Virus record (IMG/VR): IMGVR_UViG_3300032213_001070
Span: 20,215-84,214 of that record
Reading direction: 5' to 3' (one strand)
Source of the DNA: a virus
Length of the DNA: 64,000 nt
A program made the position numbers and the translations under genes. Position 1 is the stretch's first letter; every line of letters starts with the position of its first letter. Shown in pieces: positions 58,539 through 64,000 of this stretch. Below the pieces are notes generated by a model. That model was not told where the DNA came from. It saw only the letters and a list, made by a program, of their open reading frames with translations, and did not search any database.

Positions 58539-58793
58539 TCAATGCAAATCACCTGCATACTCTTCAATTTCTGATTTAATATCTAGACCATCAAATGTAT
58601 TCTTTAAATCAAACATTTCCAAGAAATCTCCTGATTTAACTGCACATTTTCCGGTATTGTGTGCTATGACCGCACATTGCTCAGCTTGAATAGGCTCATG
58701 TTTACAGAACCTAATCAAACTAGCCATGATATACTGATAAGAATTTACATCATCATTGTAAATAACTACTTTATGTGTCTTGGTCTCTTCCAT
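58539..58793 (-). CDS. clpS: ClpS-like N-degron adaptor
   Basis: VVIYNDDVNSYQYI...AEQCAVIAHNTGKCAVKSG. Confidence 0.85.
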   Translation of the reverse strand: MEETKTHKVVIYNDDVNSYQYIMASLIRFCKHEPIQAEQCAVIAHNTGKCAVKSGDFLEMFDLKNTFDGLDIKSEIEEYAGDLH

Positions 58794-58810
58794 ACCATTA
58801 AGATAATAAA

Positions 58811-59908
58811 TTAAACTGTCACATTGAAATTTTTCCACATAATTTTAGTCTGGTCAAATCCTTCCAATGCATCTTTTACCCATTTCTCATCTACTGTATC
58901 CATATAACATAGTATGTGGACAATAGCTTTATCATCTGGGTTTAATCTTAATAACCTACCTATTCTCTGAGCGGCCTTTCTCTCATTACCATATGCATGC
59001 ATAATAATACCTTGTTTTAAATTAGGTATGTTTACACCCTCATTCAACTGTAGAACAGTAGAAAGTTTGGTAATCTCTCCATCTTTGAACTTAAGCAAGT
59101 TCTCTTCTGATTTTGGATTGTTGCTATGATAGCTATGATCACATAACTTATCAGCTTGAGCCTGAGTATTAGCAAATAGAATACACTTACTTTCTATGCT
59201 GTCAAATAATAACTTAGCATACTTTTCTTTAGTAGGATATTCCATAAGAGCTTTCATTCTCATAACTCTAAGCATATGTACACTTCCAGAACCTACATCT
59301 AGTCTTCTAGACCAATACACATAATTAGATTCTTCATCTGTCATATATGTTTTATTCTTCATAGTGACTTGATAGTTCTTTTCTTTGCTTAATCTTAGCT
59401 CATGCACAACAATCTTATAATCATTCAGTATTCCATTTTCTATGGCATCATCTGCCTTAAATGTAAATACTACAGGACAAAACTCTTGTACTAACTTACC
59501 TTTCTCTGAATAGTCTCTCTTTGGTGGAGTACCGGTCAGCCCAAGTATCTTGCCTTTGAATAACTGCAAAAATCCCCGGTGACTGTCTAGTAAACTATGC
59601 ATCTCATCTAAATACACAACATCATAATCATTAGGATCATGTTTGTTTAAGCTTAGATAAGTAGTAAAAACTATTCTACCTAGAAGATGATGCTTATCAA
59701 ACTTAACAGCATCATCTTTCCAGGATTGAAATATAGCTTTCTTAGGTGCCACAACAAGACATTTCATCAGTGGTGTAGTGTTTCTATCCATATGAGTCAG
59801 GCCAACAAGGGTCTTACCGACCCCTGTGCCTAAGACTACGGAAGCCCGCTGCTTACCATCAGTAGCAGCTAAAGCTTCCATTTGTATGTCTTGTCTGTCT
59901 TTTGTCAT
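58811..59908 (-). CDS. Superfamily 2 helicase (DExH, ResIII/UvsW-like)
   Basis: GTGVGKT, DEMH, LTGT, EGVNIP, QRIGR. Confidence 0.9.
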   Translation of the reverse strand: MTKDRQDIQMEALAATDGKQRASVVLGTGVGKTLVGLTHMDRNTTPLMKCLVVAPKKAIFQSWKDDAVKFDKHHLLGRIVFTTYLSLNKHDPNDYDVVYLDEMHSLLDSHRGFLQLFKGKILGLTGTPPKRDYSEKGKLVQEFCPVVFTFKADDAIENGILNDYKIVVHELRLSKEKNYQVTMKNKTYMTDEESNYVYWSRRLDVGSGSVHMLRVMRMKALMEYPTKEKYAKLLFDSIESKCILFANTQAQADKLCDHSYHSNNPKSEENLLKFKDGEITKLSTVLQLNEGVNIPNLKQGIIMHAYGNERKAAQRIGRLLRLNPDDKAIVHILCYMDTVDEKWVKDALEGFDQTKIMWKNFNVTV

Positions 59909-60648
59909 TTTGGTAAATTAAATATTTTCTTTCTAATGTAATTACCTGTCTCATCACCAGTAGACATAAGCTTAACTGTTTTTAGATGTTTATCTAAGTT
60001 AGCCATGACTTTGGTATGATTGTAATTACCATAAGCTTGCATAAATGCTGTTAAAAATTGAAATTTAACTGCTCTATCTGACATACCAATCTTTAGGAAG
60101 ATATCATTAAATGCTTTACACATTGCTTCAGCATTTGGATTAGTAATAGTAAAATTACCTGTTTTGATAATTGAAGTACCATGCTTAAGTCCTGGGCTAT
60201 TTACTCCAAGCATAGCAAGCATAGTAACTTCTATATCATACATATTCTTCCACTTGAACAGTTTCATATAATCTGGACGGATCATTTTCCATGCATTAAC
60301 ATAGTTCATTAAATCCCAAGACTTAGATGAGTTATTTAAGTATGCCATCTTTTCAATTAAATCTTCTTCAGATTCAATTTCAATTTCTACATAAGGAATC
60401 ATTCTATCTTCTCTTTCCAATGCTGTAGCAAGATGCTGACCATCAATTATATAGGTTTTATCTTCACCTTCTATAATATTAGTAGTACAGGCTATAACAC
60501 ATCTTAATACACCCATTTTCCGGATACTGGTAATCATCTTTTGAACATGTTTGCTATCAATACCTCTGTTCATAGGTAAAACAGAGAATGTTGAATAGTT
60601 CATTGTGTGTTTAATTTTAAGTTCTTTTCCAATCATTTTCATAATCAT
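59905..60648 (-). CDS. ParB/Srx-like domain protein
   Basis: NR.ID..HV...IIDGQH...LN. Confidence 0.65.
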   Translation of the reverse strand: MIMKMIGKELKIKHTMNYSTFSVLPMNRGIDSKHVQKMITSIRKMGVLRCVIACTTNIIEGEDKTYIIDGQHLATALEREDRMIPYVEIEIESEEDLIEKMAYLNNSSKSWDLMNYVNAWKMIRPDYMKLFKWKNMYDIEVTMLAMLGVNSPGLKHGTSIIKTGNFTITNPNAEAMCKAFNDIFLKIGMSDRAVKFQFLTAFMQAYGNYNHTKVMANLDKHLKTVKLMSTGDETGNYIRKKIFNLPK

Positions 60649-60669
60649 AAGTTTTAAATTATTTATAAA

Positions 60670-60795
60670 TCATTTTAGCCAGCCCATTGTACGGGCTTCT
60701 TCTGGATGATTATGCACCCAGTCATGACAGTTTCTGCAAACTGCCTTCCATGTACTTTGTATTAAATAAAATGCATCTCTGTTAGCTCCTGCATC
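60670..60795 (-). pseudogene. 3' fragment of an HNH-type gene with no start codon
   Basis: Reads AGANRDAFYLIQSTWKAVCRNCHDWVHNHPEEARTMGWLK*; in-frame upstream stop with no ATG. Confidence 0.65.
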
Positions 60796-60809
60796 AAAAA
60801 ATAAATTAT

Positions 60810-60953
60810 TTAAAAATTTTTTATTAAGTTTTGTATTTTACCAAGAAATCCTTTATAAATTATACCATCTTGATAATCTTTAACTAAATACATACCAATC
60901 ATACTAACAATAAATCCAATAGACCACAATAAATAACAAATTAATATTAACAT
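60810..60953 (-). CDS. Small membrane protein, 47 aa
   Basis: Translated by hand. Confidence 0.5.
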   Translation of the reverse strand: MLILICYLLWSIGFIVSMIGMYLVKDYQDGIIYKGFLGKIQNLIKNF

Positions 60954-60956
60954 AAT

Positions 60957-61130
60957 TTAAGAATTAAAAGTAAAGAATTTTCTCTTAGCAACTTCAATCT
61001 GTTTACGGAAATAATGTCCCTTTAGATTGTTGCTTTCTAATTTACATAGTGCTAACTTATCTGCACAGAACAGTATGTACTTTAAAATACGTACTTTTTT
61101 TATGTCTTGTGAATTATATATATTTTTCAT
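60957..61130 (-). CDS. Hypothetical protein, 57 aa, ending TFNS
   Basis: Translated by hand. Confidence 0.5.
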   Translation of the reverse strand: MKNIYNSQDIKKVRILKYILFCADKLALCKLESNNLKGHYFRKQIEVAKRKFFTFNS

Positions 61131-61134
61131 TTAT

Positions 61135-61479
61135 CTATTTTATTTGGTTAACTAAAAATTGCAATAAATAAGCATAAGCTTCATCTGATTCTTTAGACAA
61201 CGGTATCCCTATTTTATTAAATATAAAACATACAGCATGAAAACATTCATGAGCAATTAAACCAGTTTCATCAAGATTTTTTAATCTTATTATAGTAAAT
61301 CCAGTATCATGAAATAATGTTCTCCCAGTTACAATTTTATCATCCCAATCAGAAAAATAATAATCAAATTCTTTTTTAGTCATTTTGTGTTTAAGTTCTT
61401 TATAGAGAACTTTATTACTTTGTCCTACTGAAACTACAACTGTTTTACAATAAATTTCTAATTCTATTATTTTAAACAT
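61135..61479 (-). CDS. Small zincin-like (HExxH) protein
   Basis: LIAHECFHAV...DEAYAYL; ATG 9 nt after a core repeat. Confidence 0.65.
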   Translation of the reverse strand: MFKIIELEIYCKTVVVSVGQSNKVLYKELKHKMTKKEFDYYFSDWDDKIVTGRTLFHDTGFTIIRLKNLDETGLIAHECFHAVCFIFNKIGIPLSKESDEAYAYLLQFLVNQIK

Positions 61480-61480
61480 A

Positions 61481-61684
61481 TTACTCTGATTTAAATGTTG
61501 GGTCATAATTTGCAATACCTCTTAGGTAAGCATTTTCAATCTGCTCTTTCTCCATTGCTTTGGCTTGTTCAATTAACTTTACTCTTTTGATACCATACTC
61601 TACTTGATTAATTTTATTTGCTAAAAAGTCAAGAGTTAATTTTACTTCTTGCTCCGCATAAAATTCTAATGCTGTCTGTTTCAT
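61481..61684 (-). CDS. MxQTA...AKAMEKEQI...TFKSE family protein, 67 aa
   Basis: Paralog of 55593-55808. Confidence 0.7.
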   Translation of the reverse strand: MKQTALEFYAEQEVKLTLDFLANKINQVEYGIKRVKLIEQAKAMEKEQIENAYLRGIANYDPTFKSE

Positions 61685-61685
61685 T

Positions 61686-61895
61686 CTATTCTGATTTAAA
61701 GGTTAATAATTTTTCACATTTTTCATAGTCCTCAATCCTTAAAAAATATTTGAGGGTATCTTCAACAATAGAAGAATAATATTCTTTTTGTATATCTGGA
61801 GATATTTCACAATTTAATATTTGTTCATAGTAAATATTATAAAGCATATTAGTTATTTCTTCTGCAAACTTTCTAAGTTTAGTATCTAAAATCAT
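61686..61895 (-). CDS. Hypothetical protein, 69 aa, with a UVR-like EDYEKC motif, ending TFKSE
   Basis: ORF bounded by core repeats. Confidence 0.6.
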   Translation of the reverse strand: MILDTKLRKFAEEITNMLYNIYYEQILNCEISPDIQKEYYSSIVEDTLKYFLRIEDYEKCEKLLTFKSE

Positions 61896-61924
61896 CTTAC
61901 TCTGATTTAAAGGTTAATTCCATA

Positions 61925-62695
61925 CTATTTCTTTTTAAATTGTTCTAATACTTCTTTTGAAGTATAATCTGTGTCTGGTTGTGAGTGCCATTTTAAACCT
62001 GTATCATAAAAGTTTTCTCTTACATACTCCAGTAATGCAACTACTTCTTCCTCACTATACATTCTTTCAGCTTGCCATTTAGCACCTATTTTAGCATAAG
62101 TTAAAGGTGATGAATATTTATTTTTATCTAAATGTATTCTTACAGCTTCTTCAAGTGTTTCTTGTTTAGACATCATTGTAGAATTAAATATTCTTTCTTC
62201 TTTCTTTGCTGCTTCAGTATAAGTAAGTGTTTCTTGTTTAGGTTCTTCTTTTGGAATGATGATTTTGTAATAACTACTATGCTCAATGCACTCATCTCCT
62301 AATCCCATATCAACTTCAAAATCTACTACTTTAGTTTCAACACTTTCACAGCTTGGATTCTTTACAAACCATTCTAAAAAGTTATCATCAATAGCTTGTA
62401 CACCATCTGCAATTAAGTCTTGGTCTGTTGTTAGGATGATTTTACTTCTTGTGTTTGATTTTAAGTTATCAGAATCACAAGGATTTTCTAATTCATAACC
62501 CATTCCAAAATCATGTATAACAGCATCACCCTCTTTAATTTCTGAATCAGAAGTGATGTAGATGTGTTGATTTGTATAAGAATCATTTTTACTTCTAATT
62601 GAACTTTGTTCAAAATTAGCAATTACAAAATTTTTATTATTTCCAAGTCTTATTCTACTTGGTTTTTCTGTTGGTAATAAATGTATGTTTTTCAT
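61925..62695 (-). CDS. MKNIHLLPTEKPSR family mosaic protein, copy A
   Basis: Conserved blocks shared with 63166-63906. Confidence 0.75.
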   Translation of the reverse strand: MKNIHLLPTEKPSRIRLGNNKNFVIANFEQSSIRSKNDSYTNQHIYITSDSEIKEGDAVIHDFGMGYELENPCDSDNLKSNTRSKIILTTDQDLIADGVQAIDDNFLEWFVKNPSCESVETKVVDFEVDMGLGDECIEHSSYYKIIIPKEEPKQETLTYTEAAKKEERIFNSTMMSKQETLEEAVRIHLDKNKYSSPLTYAKIGAKWQAERMYSEEEVVALLEYVRENFYDTGLKWHSQPDTDYTSKEVLEQFKKK

Positions 62696-62705
62696 ATTGT
62701 TTAAT

Positions 62706-62909
62706 TTAAAGGTTAATTATTTCTTGTTTAATGACTATTGAGTATCTATTTATTTCTCCATACCTTGCCCAAAAAGTATTATCTTGTGGAAAAGTAAGTT
62801 GTTCTGCATCTATTGTGAACTTATGTTGATACCAATAACCTTTTCTTAATTTTCTATACCACTTATATCTACCTAAATAAGTGTCAACCCAAGTTTGTTT
62901 TTGTTTCAT
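62706..62909 (-). CDS. Hypothetical protein, 67 aa
   Basis: ORF bounded by core repeats. Confidence 0.6.
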   Translation of the reverse strand: MKQKQTWVDTYLGRYKWYRKLRKGYWYQHKFTIDAEQLTFPQDNTFWARYGEINRYSIVIKQEIINL

Positions 62910-62931
62910 TCTATTCTGATTTAAAGGTTAA

Positions 62932-63144
62932 TTATTGCATTTTTTCATGACGTTCTTTGGTTTTTACCCACTCCTTAAATTCTTTTCGGTAAAATTGAAA
63001 TTCAATAATTATCCAAATGTTTTTGAATCTTTTTCCTAAGTGATTCATAACCCATTCAAAAAATTTTATGAATAAAAATAAAAATGCGATTAAGGATAAA
63101 ATCCAAAAAGTTGAAAATCCAACATAGTAATAAAAATTATACAT
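62932..63144 (-). CDS. Small membrane protein, 70 aa
   Basis: N-terminal hydrophobic helix; bounded by core repeats. Confidence 0.6.
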   Translation of the reverse strand: MYNFYYYVGFSTFWILSLIAFLFLFIKFFEWVMNHLGKRFKNIWIIIEFQFYRKEFKEWVKTKERHEKMQ

Positions 63145-63165
63145 TCTATTCTGATTTAAAGGTTA

Positions 63166-63906
63166 CTACTTCTTTTTAAATTGTTCTAACCATTCTTTAG
63201 TTGAAAGTAAATCATGATTAGTATATCTCCATGTTAATAATAAATCTAAAACTTCTTCTTCACTATACATTCTTTCAGACTGCCATTTAACACCTAGATT
63301 AAACATATCTAATGGATTAAGATTTGAACTAAACTCTAATCCTTTGGACTTTAATTCTTTACTAAATGCTTCTTCAAGTGTTTCTTGTTTAGGTTCTTCT
63401 AAAGATTTAAAAAACACATCATCAGGTAATGCTTTAGGTAATTCAAATGGATTAGGTTCTTCTTGTGGAATGATGATTTTGTAATACCCATAAGGCACAT
63501 CATTAGCAATAAAAATTTGACTTGGAGTTTTTATGTAATTAACCTCAACTTCCTCACAACTTGGGTTCTTAACAAACCATTCTAAGAACTCATCCTCAAT
63601 AGCTTGAACACCATCTGCAATTAAGTCTTGGTCTGTTGTTAGGATGATTTTCTTCCAATTCTTAAATGTTCCTGAATATTGGGATTTTTCAACTCTGTTT
63701 AATTCAATATCACAAATCCAATCTCCTTCTTTAATTTCTGAATCATCAGTGATGTAGATGTGTCTTTGTCCACTCAAAAGACCATTGTTGCATTTAGACT
63801 CTTCTTGATTGAGTATTAACTTATAAGAAATACCTTCTTCAGATTGAACTTTTGAATAATGTAACCTACTTGGTTTTTCTGTTGGTAATAAATGTATGTT
63901 TTTCAT
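63166..63906 (-). CDS. MKNIHLLPTEKPSR family mosaic protein, copy B (likely start 63906)
   Basis: Same leader and N-terminus as copy A. Confidence 0.75.
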   Translation of the reverse strand: MKNIHLLPTEKPSRLHYSKVQSEEGISYKLILNQEESKCNNGLLSGQRHIYITDDSEIKEGDWICDIELNRVEKSQYSGTFKNWKKIILTTDQDLIADGVQAIEDEFLEWFVKNPSCEEVEVNYIKTPSQIFIANDVPYGYYKIIIPQEEPNPFELPKALPDDVFFKSLEEPKQETLEEAFSKELKSKGLEFSSNLNPLDMFNLGVKWQSERMYSEEEVLDLLLTWRYTNHDLLSTKEWLEQFKKK

Positions 63907-63923
63907 ATTGTTTAATTTAAAGG

Positions 63924-64000
63924 TTAATTCCATTCAGCATACTTAAATTTTAAGAACTTATGTTGTCTTTTATTATTTATATATGCTTGTATTGTACTTC
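63924..64000 (-). CDS. 3' end of a gene entering from beyond the window (...STIQAYINNKRQHKFLKFKYAEWN*)
   Basis: Open frame whose stop overlaps the last core repeat. Confidence 0.45.
   Translation of the reverse strand, partial: STIQAYINNKRQHKFLKFKYAEWN

Larger units (their letters stand above)
61489..63925 (-). repeat. Seven copies of the gene-junction core AACCTTTAAAT
   Basis: Plus strand atttaaaggtt at 61489 (1 mismatch), 61694, 61905, 62704, 62919, 63154 and 63915; an eighth copy at 55601. Confidence 0.9.

Noticed and set aside
38250-62498. Short + strand ORFs overlapping the - strand block (except 53091-53402)
   Set aside because: All are antisense to well-supported genes.
61925-63906. 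Diversity-generating retroelement TR/VR pair
   Set aside because: Differences are not adenine-specific and include indels, both copies are full ORFs, and there is no reverse transcriptase in the window.
61489-63925. CRISPR array
   Set aside because: Repeats are only about 11-23 bp and are separated by whole genes of 200-800 bp; no cas genes.
1-64000. Stop-codon reassignment, known in some crAss-like phages
   Set aside because: Multi-kb ORFs are intact in the standard code, and TAA, TAG and TGA all end coupled genes. The two split genes are explained by introns, and no tRNA was seen.
1-64000. Apparent scarcity of CG dinucleotides, especially TCG/CGA, as restriction avoidance
   Set aside because: This is only a visual impression in a low-GC genome; it needs a k-mer observed/expected calculation that I cannot run.

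Overview
This is a 64-kb segment of an AT-rich crAss-like (Crassvirales-related) phage genome, most likely infecting Bacteroidota: there are no Shine-Dalgarno leaders and the promoter boxes are TAnnTTT(G/A)-type. Bases 1-34.0 kb (+ strand) are the late/virion block: the end of a tail protein, four internal/cargo proteins, then a run of four ejection-type proteins that includes a 3737-aa virion RNA polymerase (GSDFDVDK motif) with zincin and SLOG domains. Bases 34.0-64 kb (- strand) are the replication/early block: MazG-like NTP-PPase, PolB, PD-(D/E)XK exonuclease, MoxR-type ATPase with a VWA metallopeptidase, primase, SSB, Sak4-like ATPase, DnaB-like helicase, UDG, NinB-like, ClpS, SF2 helicase, ParB-like and many small ORFs. 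Two group I introns split genes (43429-43737, no intact ORF; 48522-49337, carrying an HNH endonuclease). Two patterns stand out. (1) The four consecutive ejection proteins (7238 aa) contain only six cysteines by manual reading, all placed as C-terminal/N-terminal pairs at the three gene junctions, which suggests a covalent head-to-tail protein chain. (2) At 61.1-64 kb there is a gene-cassette-like array in which each gene boundary carries the core AACCTTTAAAT 8-9 nt before the next ATG. All family assignments come from motif recognition, not database searches.
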